From assembly GCA_008632985.1 (NCBI GenBank), contig QPGO01000047.1, positions 264,608 to 328,607 on the forward strand: a stretch of 64,000 bases of DNA. Direction: 5' to 3'. Source of the stretch: Psammoneis japonica. Its lineage: Eukaryota. The notes under the pieces were generated by a model. It was not told the DNA's origin. It worked only from the letters and a program-made list of their open reading frames with translations, and made no database searches. The translations under genes were made by a program, and so were the position numbers. Positions 11,146 through 21,815 of this stretch are shown here, one piece after another; the stretch's first letter is position 1; each line of letters opens with the position of its first letter.

Positions 11146-11925
11146 ATGAAGCGCTTTGAAGGAAAAGTAATATTGGTCACTGGCGCCGCTTCAGGAATTG
11201 GTCTCGCTACGGCTCAAGAGTTTGCCCGGGAAGGAGGCAAAGTCATTGCCACCGACATTGACCAAGAGACACTCGAAAAAGTCCACAAGGATATACCTGG
11301 GATTGAAACAGCAGTCCAAGATGCCACAGACCCGCAAGTTTGGAAGTCAACAGTGAACGAAATTGTAGCAACGCATGGACGTTTGGATGTATTATTCAAC
11401 AACGCCGGAGGAGCTGGTACTTTTGCTTACATCGACGAAACCAGTCCGGAGCAACTTCGTCGCATCAATTCTCTTAATATTGACAGTGTCTTTTTTGGTA
11501 TGCAGGCTGCTATTGACGTCATGAAAAAGCAAGAAACGGGCGGCTCCATCATCAACAACTCGAGTGTGTTGGCAATAGTGGGCGTGCCGATTCTCGCAGC
11601 CTATTGTGGAACAAAGGGCGCCGTTCGTTCACTGACAAAAGCGACTGCTGTTGATCTTGCTCGTCGGGGTATTCCTATTCGTGTCAATTCCATTCATCCA
11701 GGTTTTGTGAATACTGCATTTGTCGGCCGTGGATTGGAGTCTTCGGCACAAGAGAAAGGACCCGAGGTGCAGGAAGCGGCAGCTGCGTTTATAGAGCAAA
11801 TACCCGCGGGCCGTGTGGGAGAGCCCCTTGAGATTGCTCGACCTGTCCTTTTTCTTGCAAGCGACGATGCTTCGTACATTACTGGATCAGAACTTGTGGT
11901 TGACGGCGGTTTGGTTGCAGCGTAA
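11146..11925 (+). CDS. Classical short-chain dehydrogenase/reductase (3alpha,20beta-HSD / cyclopentanol dehydrogenase-like)
   Basis: TGAASGIG, NNAG, catalytic YCGTK, IRVNSIHPG, YITGSELVVDGG. Intact, intronless, 259 aa. Confidence 0.95.
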   Translation: MKRFEGKVILVTGAASGIGLATAQEFAREGGKVIATDIDQETLEKVHKDIPGIETAVQDATDPQVWKSTVNEIVATHGRLDVLFNNAGGAGTFAYIDETSPEQLRRINSLNIDSVFFGMQAAIDVMKKQETGGSIINNSSVLAIVGVPILAAYCGTKGAVRSLTKATAVDLARRGIPIRVNSIHPGFVNTAFVGRGLESSAQEKGPEVQEAAAAFIEQIPAGRVGEPLEIARPVLFLASDDASYITGSELVVDGGLVAA

Positions 11926-13086
11926 TGCTTTATTGCATTTGGCACTTTGCCATAAGCTGATGCAGCTGGATTTTCGCTCAAGTTCTTTTAGTTTTTGTTG
12001 TGTCCCTGGTCCCTGGTAAAAGCATATATATTAATATCACACCAGTCTCATGATGATTATGTAGGCAACGCTGTGCTATACCTTTTTCTGGTAAGACCCT
12101 ATAGCGGGAGGACACCGAAGAGCGGAAAGCGGCCTCTGGCTGTTCACCTTCTCATCGAAGCTTAGGGATTTCTGTACAACAAGAGCAAAGCCTTCAACAC
12201 TCAGTCGGTGGTATCGGTTAAACATGTTGTTGAATCAAAGAAAGGAAAGACAAGCATTCTGCTTCTGAAGATTCTGTGTCGTGCTGAAACGTAATGGGGG
12301 AGTCTCGATAGTGAAATAGACGGTAAGCATTAGCATGGATGACATGTAAAAGCTTCAACATGTGCTTCCTCTAACAACAACTTTTTGCCGCGCCACTACC
12401 ATACTACAGGCGACATGGATTGGTGGCTGAGCTTGAAACTGAAATATGCTATCGAGTGACCTTGATCTCACCAGAACTCCACTGCCGCTTCTCGTTCCCC
12501 GGTCTGCAGATACCAATGACAATGACGCCGCTGATAATACGAGGAAAAATCAATTTCTGGAGGAGGAACAAACGAAACACAAGAATGCAAGAAGCAAAAC
12601 CCGACGGACAATTGCCACTTCACAAAGTAGCCGACGAAATATTTTGTCGAACTGAATCGTTGCTCAACATCAACAGCGTAGCCAATGCAATCATGCTTGG
12701 AACTGTACGGCATGGAATTGCTCAAGAAATTGCTGACACATTTCCGCCTCACCAAACATGCCGGCTACTCGCGCCATTGTAAGCGCCCCGGACACGACTT
12801 TCTTTCCGGTCTTTCTGTGACTCTGGGAGGCATCGTGCCAACCCATGCGTATGGCCGTTGATGCCTACGTTCACTTGATCATGACTGAGTGGTTTAAGAT
12901 GGCCGTGAAAAGAGCAAAGGACCGTGTGGTCGGTCTGCTGTTCTTTTGTTATTGGTGCTATTCCGCTTGGTTTGGTTCTCTTGGCCATTTCTCCCTGCGA
13001 GGCTGGATGCTAGTTACAGTGATTTCACGTCAACTTTTACAAAAATGTAGACTGTATGTCAACTTTGCGGCCTCGTAAAACTCGCT

Positions 13087-14226
13087 CTATCGATTGAGGC
13101 TTCTGTGTAGTATTTCTTCCAACACGTCGTTTGGAGCGTCACGGCAGTCCCACACAGTTTGGTTGTTTCGTACTTGCTTCATGAGCGCAGGCACTGGTTG
13201 TGCGCTTGAAGAATCCACAGATAAGCTTGAAAGGGAGGGTGCGGAGTCAACCCATTTGGCCATTTGCTTCAGCAAGGCATCAACCTCCTCGTTCGTAGTA
13301 CTTGGAGGAGCTCTTGACACGAGCGTTTCGTGCAATCCTGGAAGCAGACTCGCCATAAAGGGAAGGGGATGGCTATGAGGAAAAGAAATAGGAAGAATGG
13401 AACACGACAAGGCCAGTGGTATACTTCGGCGGCGAAAGTTCGTTTGGGACGCAGGGATGCCGTATTCAAGGGACAGCCCTGCGTGGTAGAGACTTTCAAC
13501 AACCAGTCGACCGGCTGTCGTTTCGTCCTTGTTCTCGAGTGCCTCAAGCGCTTCCAAACTGGCCCGCATTGATATTGATTCATTGCTGTTGTTGCCTACT
13601 ACCGCTCCATTGGTATATATCGTATCAAACGCCATAGCCAAAGCTGCATAAGCAGCTCGAGACAAAGCTTCGTTCGAGTCTCTATAAACAGCTTTCTCAT
13701 CCAGGACTATCAAGGTTTCTAGATCGGCGTTACTTGACAAATCAGAGTCAGATGGAACGATGGTTTCCTCCTTTGTTTCCAACAAGAGCGATTGGGACGA
13801 CCCTGCCGCCAATGCCGCTCCCAGTGTCGCTGGAGCCAAGACGAGTTTTTCGCTACCGCTCGTGGCTGCAAGTGCCTTTGCCAAGTCTATGGCTGCACCA
13901 GAACCAACACCAAGAACAGCACAAGCCCCAGTACGTTGAATAAGTTCAATTCCACGACCTATGTCAACTGGAGTCGGAAGAGCCGATTCTAATCCCACGG
14001 GAACGGTTCGTAAGCCCAACTCTTGCGATGCAACAAAAGATGCGAAATCACATGCTTGTTGCACTTGTGGAATTGACTCTAACCCGGGTTGACTCGACAC
14101 AACCACAAGAGGACTGTTTTGAAGAGGTGAGCGCTGTTCTACAAGACAATTGCGTAAAGCAGATGATCCCCTTACAACCGATCGCTTTGCAGACAAACAC
14201 CGAGAAACAACACTCGCCGACGTCAT
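13087..14226 (-). CDS. Divergent iron-containing alcohol dehydrogenase family protein with likely mitochondrial presequence
   Basis: VLGVGSGAAIDLAKA matches the Fe-ADH GGGSxxDxAK motif, followed by LVLAPAT. ATG at 14226. Confidence 0.65.
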   Translation of the reverse strand: MTSASVVSRCLSAKRSVVRGSSALRNCLVEQRSPLQNSPLVVVSSQPGLESIPQVQQACDFASFVASQELGLRTVPVGLESALPTPVDIGRGIELIQRTGACAVLGVGSGAAIDLAKALAATSGSEKLVLAPATLGAALAAGSSQSLLLETKEETIVPSDSDLSSNADLETLIVLDEKAVYRDSNEALSRAAYAALAMAFDTIYTNGAVVGNNSNESISMRASLEALEALENKDETTAGRLVVESLYHAGLSLEYGIPASQTNFRRRSIPLALSCSILPISFPHSHPLPFMASLLPGLHETLVSRAPPSTTNEEVDALLKQMAKWVDSAPSLSSLSVDSSSAQPVPALMKQVRNNQTVWDCRDAPNDVLEEILHRSLNR

Positions 14227-15399
14227 GGTTGCTCGAGAAATACGTACTCGCAACGCAACAGATAGATTAGTGACGGTCGGACGGACGATCTCTTGTTGGA
14301 GGCAGTATTTTCTGGTAGATTTCTACGTGAGCATACGAGAATTTGGAATTTTGAGTTTTACGATTTTTTTCATGCCTAAAGTTGCGTTCATTCCTTTTTT
14401 GTCTATCTTCCCACCGGCAATGGCGTGTACGAACGGGACAGAGTATCCCCGTCAATGTTTTTTGGAGCAACGTATCCCGACGAAACAGTCATTCAAGTGT
14501 GCGTCGAGGAAAATGGAGACATTGATTATGCTGAAATTCACCAGCAACCAACAGCATTTATATGAGAGGAAAGTGATGATTTTGGTCGGCATCGACGGAG
14601 TTAGCTGCGTCACCTTAGACCAAAGTGAATTAACAGAGCATGAATTGCATAGCATCGACTACACCCCAGTGCCGGAAGAAGCAGATCATACAGTCTTGGG
14701 CGCTTGAACAAGAATTAAGACCATAAAGTGTGGCAGGGATCTCGCTGCGAGTTTCGCTGTAGTACACGTGGTGTTAGCACTTCACCCGAGTGCCTTATTT
14801 CATTTTGTGGATGATGCCGTTTTCTTTGACGAGGTTTTTGGTCGGGAGTATCGTGGGTACGCCAACGTGGAACGATGCATTCTCGATGCAGTGTATTGGG
14901 TGCAGCATTTTACTTTGAAAACGACATGTGCGTGAGACTAGAGGTCACGCCCGGGCATTCGCGGCAATTGTATGTGCCCAAAGATGTGAATGCCGAAATC
15001 CTTGCACTCACAAAGATAATGAAATGGATCGCTTTCTTTCGCGATTCTCAATGTGATAGCGGCACTCTTGATGTAGATGGCACTTATGCTATTCACTTGT
15101 TCTCCGGCGCTCCCATTCAGAAATGGGTGTATGGAATTTATTACGTGCAGATAGCTGGACAAATCTGGTACGCCAATCGCTGTGCATGCACCTCTGCATG
15201 TTTATGAATGGATGTTGTTTTGCTAAACCGGTTTCCTTTTGACTCCTTCATCGTGTCTTCGCGGCTCGCCCACAGCATCTAGAAGACAAACAAGGCGGGT
15301 ATATAATGAGTCCTTTCGCAACATCTGGGAGCTTAAGCTTCTCTCAACAGTCAATTGACATGGTGCTCAGAACCCTTGAGATCGACGGGGTTGCTTGTG

Positions 15400-15760
15400 A
15401 CTGAGAAAGGAACGATAGCTCAACAACATATGCTTCTTCTTCTCCCTCGTTGATTGTCTCAACGAGCCCCACACCGAGTCCTACTCCCGTCCCAAGTATG
15501 AAGCCAACCTTGAACCCTACACCACGGCCCACGCAAGCCAACAAAACTCTGACAACTTACCCAAGTTTCAATCCTACGTCTGGTCCAACAGCGTCTCCGA
15601 CATAAGCATCCAACATCCACTCCCACACTTGGCACAACGATCGAACCGACGCCGAACCCGTCAACAAGCATTTCCAAACCCCCAACGCAGCTCCGACCTT
15701 GATCGAACTGTAATACCTACGACGGTACTTCGTACCCAACTATAATCCAACACAACGATC
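15400..15760 (+). pseudogene. Remnant of a Pro/Thr/Ser linker (PT-repeat) coding sequence
   Basis: Broken frames reading SPTPSPTPVPSMKPTLNPTPRPT and PSFNPTSGPTASPT. Confidence 0.45.
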
Positions 15761-16142
15761 GTCACTCTCGCACCCACCTTTCTTCACACCGAAATTGAAA
15801 TATTTCAATCCATGTAGCGCCACGGGCAAAAGATACTTCTATCATGACCAACCATTGGCCGTCAAGATGGATTAAACAATACAGTTAGCGCCAGTCTCGC
15901 ATGGTGGATGGTACGGTAGTGGCACAACTACACTGTACAGAAAAAATGCGAAAAGCCCCCCCTCCCTATAATACACGGGCAGTAAGTACACCGACGCGGC
16001 ACAATTGTGAGAAAGCCAAGGGTTCTATGCTCAAGAGACTGAAGACTGATTTATTTACGAAATTTCTTACTGGAAATGAAGACTTTTTAGTGAGATAACA
16101 GCATAGGCTGAACCTGTAGGAATCGATGTTGGATGCGAGGAT

Positions 16143-16790
16143 TTGATCTCAAAAAAATGTAGCGCGTGGGAAAATGGGAAAAGCAACCTCATCAAAAGCA
16201 TAGAGGCAGAAGGAATGATGGAGTGTTGCAATTCGATTTCTTTTTCCTTGCCATGGCCACTCTCTCTTCTCATGCAACGTGCAATTTCCAACTCTCCAGC
16301 TTCAATCATTGCCGAGTGCATGGTCCACATTTGACATGGATTGAACAGCCACATTCAGTGTGACAGCACTTTGCAAGTGTGCCAATGCTCATTTTGTGCA
16401 TCACACAATATTTTGAAAAGGCTGCTTTATGACCATGGATGTTCCAAGTCATCTCTGGCGGTGTCAAACATCACAGTTTGCAGTCAAACATGCCCATGAC
16501 TCTGGCTCACATGAAGGATTGTCTGCATCACAAAATTGTTCAAATGTGCAGAGCCACATTGATGGCTGCATCATCCAGTGTGTCTCTGGAAGTGATGCTT
16601 TTCAAGTTCTTTTGCCCGGTAGAAACAAGGTCATTCACATGCTGTTGAGATCCATGCACATGAGCCAGAGGTGGAGTTCCATCGTTTCTGTGCCAAGGTG
16701 CAAAGCCACAATGAACAGATTGTTCCTCAGTGTCGTGACTGCAGTCAAAAGACACAAGAACTGATGATGTGCAATGTGACATGCAAACAA
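16143..16790 (+). pseudogene. Degenerate MYND zinc-finger gene copy A (paralog of 32880-33600)
   Basis: Colinear with 32880-33510. Ends in VPQCRDCSQKTQELMMC and has stops and frameshifts. Confidence 0.65.
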
Positions 16791-17239
16791 TGGAGAGAGT
16801 TGAATGACACACCATTGCACTGTGCATTGCCGTCACCTCCAAAATTCTGCCCAACAGACGTCATCCAATGGCACCAGCACTCTCATCCAGGCCACAGCAA
16901 TGCACAAACAGCAAAATTGCAGCCATTGACAAAATTGGTTGACAACACACAGGTTTGAGTCCCTGCAAAAGATGATTGCAAAATGAAACACAAAAGCACA
17001 AACAGCTGCAATTGTGGAGATCTGGAAAGTTTGTGGACACACCAGGGCAGAAGAAGTGGCTGTTTCGCGGTCAAAGAATTTTCTCATTTTCCCATGGTGT
17101 GGTGTGGTGGGGGGGATCACAGATGAAAAATTGTTGCCATGCGCAACATCTGGTGTCCCATCACAGCATGAAAAAATTTGCTGTGAGAAAGGCGCTCTTG
17201 ATCACTGGAGTGTGCACTCTGATGAAACTGCGCCAGCAC

Positions 17240-18075
17240 CAAAAGCTTGCAGATGGCCTTCTTGGTCATCTTCAGTGGGTGCTGGACAATGCTTTGAGAG
17301 CCAAGGTTGAGTGCCAGTGCAAGGCTCTTCTTGCTCAGTTGTGGCCCACTTCACTTTGTCTCTTCAAGGATGATGTGTGACACAAAATTGAAAAAGTCAG
17401 GTTGATGGAATGAGCGCGCACACAGCACTGGACCAGCCTGTGCCAGCAAAAGCTGGCAGAGGGCCTTGGTTGTCTCTGGTGGGTGCCAGACAAAACTTTG
17501 ACAACCAAGGTTGAGCATTGCAGGGCCCATTTTTTGCAGCTGTGGTCCCACTTTTCACTTCATCCCCCCACTGGGAGGGGACATGACATTCCAAAAGTCA
17601 GAGCAGAGTGTGCCAAAAATGCAACCAACACTTGCATCTTGGCAGAAGCTGGCAGATGGCCTTGGTTGTCTTTGGCGGGTGCTGGGCAACACTTCAAAAG
17701 TCAAGGTCAAGTGCTGCAAGGCCCATCCAGAGCCGTTGTGGCCCTGCCATTGTTGATCCCCACCAGAGCGAGACTGCACCACAAAATTGTGAAAGTTGGG
17801 GTGGAGCAAGTGCAGCAGCCCAGCAGCCCAGCAGCATGGGACCAACCAGTGCAAAAGCAGCAGGGAGAGCACCCTGGTTGCCTCTGGCAGGTGCCAGATG
17901 GGCGACACTTTAACAACCAAAGTTGGGCCCTGAGACATGAAGCTTCAAAAGTCAGAGTGGAGTGAGCCCTGGGTGGGACCAGCCAATGCTAGCAAGAGCT
18001 GACAGATGGCCTTGGTTGCTTCTGATGTGGGTGCCAGGTGGCACTTTGACAGCCATGGTTGAGTGCTGCAAAGCT
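17240..18075 (+). repeat. About five diverged copies of a 70-80 bp core (spacing about 135-215 bp), degenerate internal-repeat coding sequence
   Basis: agctggcagatggccttggttgtct...gggtgcc...caaggttgagtgctgca at about 17244, 17451, 17647, 17871 and 17997. Translates as KLADGLG(C)LWxV. Confidence 0.7.
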
Positions 18076-18683
18076 TTTTTGTGCGATTGCACCACCGCTT
18101 CACTTTGTTGAGAAGAATGAAGAAGCACGTGCAACCTGCTCTGCATGGTGCAGGAGCTCATTTTCTTGCAAATGAGTGGACTGCAGGCAAAGCAGAAGCA
18201 GATTGCAGTGAGTGGGTTTCAAGCTGTTTGGCAAGAAAATGGCATGATGTCAGTTGTTGAGTTTTTCGGTGGCACTTGCTTGCGCATGCAGTGCTGAAGC
18301 GTCTTGATTCGTGCTTCCTGTCTCGATGATTCGTGCTTCGTGCGTCTGAACCGTGCCTCGACCGCACACATCCGAACCATGCATCATTTTACCATCATTC
18401 TGGAAATCTTTGCTCCGACTTGTCTCACAATTTCCTCACAACAGAAATCAAAGCTCGTTAATTTGTTGAAAATGCAGCAAAAACGTTTGGAGTTCAGCAC
18501 ACTCTCGACCTCGACCCTGAGCTTCAGGCTAGCGTGCACACGTTGAATTACAACTTGTCTAACCTTTCGGATCGCGTTGACACCGGCAGGGCTGAAGTTC
18601 AATACCGTGAGATTGCCTTTCATGAAAGCATCAGGTCGGCCATCAGTCGAGACCACTATAACGTAGCTACAGAATATTTTTGC

Positions 18684-19802
18684 AAACTATAAGTGGAGTC
18701 ATTGTCCTCTTGCCTTCCCTGCCTCGAGTTATCGCTTCCGTCTCAAAGCGTCGTATAATGTCTCAGTTTTATGATCCCTTACAAATATAGGGCCCTACTT
18801 CGTCATACCGGTAACTTTTTACTTGAATCTTTCAAGACGAGTGCGCGTTTCCACAACTGTCATTTCTATTACTTCTAGGAACACAGCAACACCCTAGAGA
18901 CGAAGAATATGCCAGAGATGAACGCCGTTTGACAATTCGAGTCCGCGTTGGATCCGCCTCCAATTATTGGTTCAGGAACAGGAACCGTACCAGTTGTGGG
19001 TGGTGCAACTGATGGTATAATAGAATGCTGATGAGAGGATGGAGTATTCGAAGGAAAGTCAGATGGGACAATGCAAGGAGCAAGACTTGCGCTTGGGACG
19101 CTAGAAGGATGATCCGACGGTTGAAGCAATGGTACTTCGCTCAAGCTTGGTTGAAATACTCGCTAGGAGCTCTTGATGGAGCCGGGCTGACACTTGGTTG
19201 TTGCGATGATAATTGTGATGACAATAGAGATGGTGCGGGACTGGTGGTGGGAGAACCAGATGGAGGACTTGTAATTGTAGGGTAGTTTGTTGGAGCCACA
19301 GAAGGTGACAAGGAAGGACGTTCACTTATCGAAGGTGCTGGACTCACACTCGGAAATATTGATGGCGATGCACTAACCGAAGGCGCAATACTTACAGACG
19401 GAGCCGGAGAAAAGTCAATGAGACACCCTGCAAGATTTTCAGAAAGTCCCCTTTACAAACTCGCAGTGTTCTCCCTCGTACATTTCCATGCAGTCGCACC
19501 CCAGGTTTGGAGGATCGCGACATGTTCCAAAGTTTGTGCAAAATGAGTTAGGGTCAGAGACATTGCAAAATGATGTTGGGAGCCCAGCTACAACCTTTGG
19601 CGAAGCTTCGCAGTCACAACAGTACTGATCTTTTTGGGCGCCGCTCCTAACACAGGTTCCGCCGTTCAAGCACACGTTGCCGTCTGGACAAAGCGCAAGT
19701 TCGCATAATTGTCCTGACGTACCCGCAGGACACCGACAAAACTCTTCGCCAGTTGCAATCACGCTGCAGATTCCTCCATTCAAACATTCGAGACGGCATG
19801 AT
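18684..19802 (-). pseudogene. Partial duplicate of the 3' half and downstream flank of the EGF protein gene (34081-35249)
   Basis: Near-identical sequence with a 15-bp deletion (FCDQI lost), a +1 shift giving a stop at 19439, and a 7-bp deletion near 19154. Confidence 0.92.
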
Positions 19803-20666
19803 CCATTCTTGGCAGCAGAGAATGCATCATACTCCGTCACCATTTGGTTCATTCCGTCGTGACCAAAGATCGCTTCCAAAATGATCTTTTTTGCGGATGT
19901 CTTGTACTCAAAGCTGGTTTGATCGCTGATTTTGTCACGGTTCAGTTTCAGGTCGTCCGAAAGTATTTCCTCAAATCTCCGATTGTTCAAAACCTTGGAG
20001 TAGTGGTCTCGCCCTTTATCAAACAGGAGAATGCCTTCAAGAATGTATGGTAGGTAACAAACTCGCGCGTCGCGGCGGCGTTGCCCGAGTCGCAAACCAC
20101 TTTTGCGACTTCCGTGAGTAGATCGACAACAAGGTCTTGGGAGGGCTTCTTCGGCTTCTGGGTTTTCATGACCCAAGACAAAGTGGCTTCCATCGGAGTG
20201 AGCCCCTGGCTGTCACCGGACAAAATTCGAATCCTTGTCATTTCGTTCAACTTCTCCGAAAGCAAGGGCCCCAAATTCGAAGTCTTGATGATATGATCGT
20301 TCCTGCGGACAGAAAGGGCTGCGATTGTTTCGTCACTTTTCAGCGAGAACCCAGCCATCACTTTGAGAGCGACGCGCAAGTTCTCCTCTGAGTTACCAAA
20401 AATGGGCTTCAGAGTACTACCAGTACCTGATCATCCTCAAACGAAATGACCGTCGGGATCAAACTACTATGCTGTCTGGATCGCCGTCAGCATTGTCATT
20501 ATTTCCATGTCTGGCAGCGACACGCCCATTGCGGATGCGTGGGGTCGTCGTTTCCATGTCAACGTCGTTGGTACAGTATATCGAACGATAGAGATAATAC
20601 TTTATACCGGCATGTGGTCATGGACTCTCTCTCGTCTCGACAAGCGGCCGCTTTTTTTCGATCTCA

Positions 20667-20834
20667 AGGATTTCTGCTGAAAACGAAATTCAGCAGAAAA
20701 AATCGAATTTTTCTGCTGAAAATGAATTTCAGCAGCATTGCCGAGATTTTCCCCACCAATTCTCCAGGATTTCTGCTGAAAACGAAATTCAGCAGAAAAA
20801 TTCGATTTTTTCTGCTAAAAATCAATTTCAGCAG
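20667..20834. repeat. Two 99-bp-period units containing four hairpins (ctgctgaa...ttcagcag)
   Basis: aggatttctgctgaaaacgaaattcagcagaaaaa at 20667 and 20766, each followed by a second imperfect hairpin. Confidence 0.9.
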
Positions 20835-21421
20835 TTTTGAGGAGCTATTGTGAGGCGAGCGCGCGCGGCTGCATGAAGTTAGGCGGGACTCATTCAGTCA
20901 CGTATGCGCACACACCCTCCGAACGCCACTCACCATGAGAATCGGAACGGCATTTCATGCTGTTGCCAAACCTTTTCAACAACAGCAGTGCTTTAGAATA
21001 GTTTCTACCATAATATAGAAACTATTTTCATCACTTGTTTGAAGGTAATTGCTCAATCGAAAGGTCAAAAAATGGATTTTGTAATTGCATCACCATCCGC
21101 AGCTCTTTTTCGTGTGCTGTCGCGATGCAATCGCACTGCGCTTTCATGACACTGACTCGTTCTTTTTATTTGATACGCTCGTTTCATACACTCACATGGG
21201 GAGCATTTCGATCATGTTAAAAGCCCCAACAAGGAACACCGGCTCTTAGTTTCATGTCGACATTTGAGCCATTTGTCTGCGGCCGACATTTCTGCATCAA
21301 TCGAAATGGGGCTGTTGCATGTCGTACACTGTCTTTTGGATCAAGCCAAGCAACGGATGGTCGATTTCATTGACAATGAGGATCATGGTGTGCATTGTTT
21401 GATGGCAGACAACGGCAAGTG

Positions 21422-21815
21422 CAGACGCGTTCCAGGTCTAGGTGGGACCTCGTGCTGCTGAACTGTGACATCGATAGTTTTTTGAATCACGTCGTATGTC
21501 GCGCACGTAGATTTCTACGTGATTTTTTTGATGTTTTGTGTCATTTTACGGTACACTTATTGAGCGATCCGTCCAACAACTTTTGACATTTTTTGTTACA
21601 GCGCGATTCTATAATGTCTTAAGAATCGCGTAGGGCAGGTGCATTTGCAAAAACGTCGAGTGGTAAGAGGCATAATTGCACCACAAACTTGGCCGTTTGT
21701 TTGATGTTGAAGATAAATATATCCATTAATTAAATTCTCGTACTACGGAGCTCGCACGTAGAATTCTACGGGCCCAATGTCACACGGAGTCCCACCTAGG
21801 GCTGGAACGCGTCTG
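21422..21815. mobile_element. Non-autonomous TIR element (Tc1/mariner-type MITE), 27-bp TIRs, inferred TA target-site duplication
   Basis: CAGACGCGTTCCAGgtCTAGGTGGGAC (21422-21448) is the reverse complement of 21789-21815 with 2 mismatches. Flanks are TG on the left and CA on the right. Confidence 0.75.

Noticed and set aside
14150..15207. ORFs 14150-14707 and 14875-15207, with a faint SnoaL/NTF2-like stretch between them
   Set aside because: Interrupted frames and too little motif support to call.
20667..20834. Palindromic repeats resembling a CRISPR array
   Set aside because: The spacers are themselves repeated, there are only four units, there are no cas genes and the context is eukaryotic.
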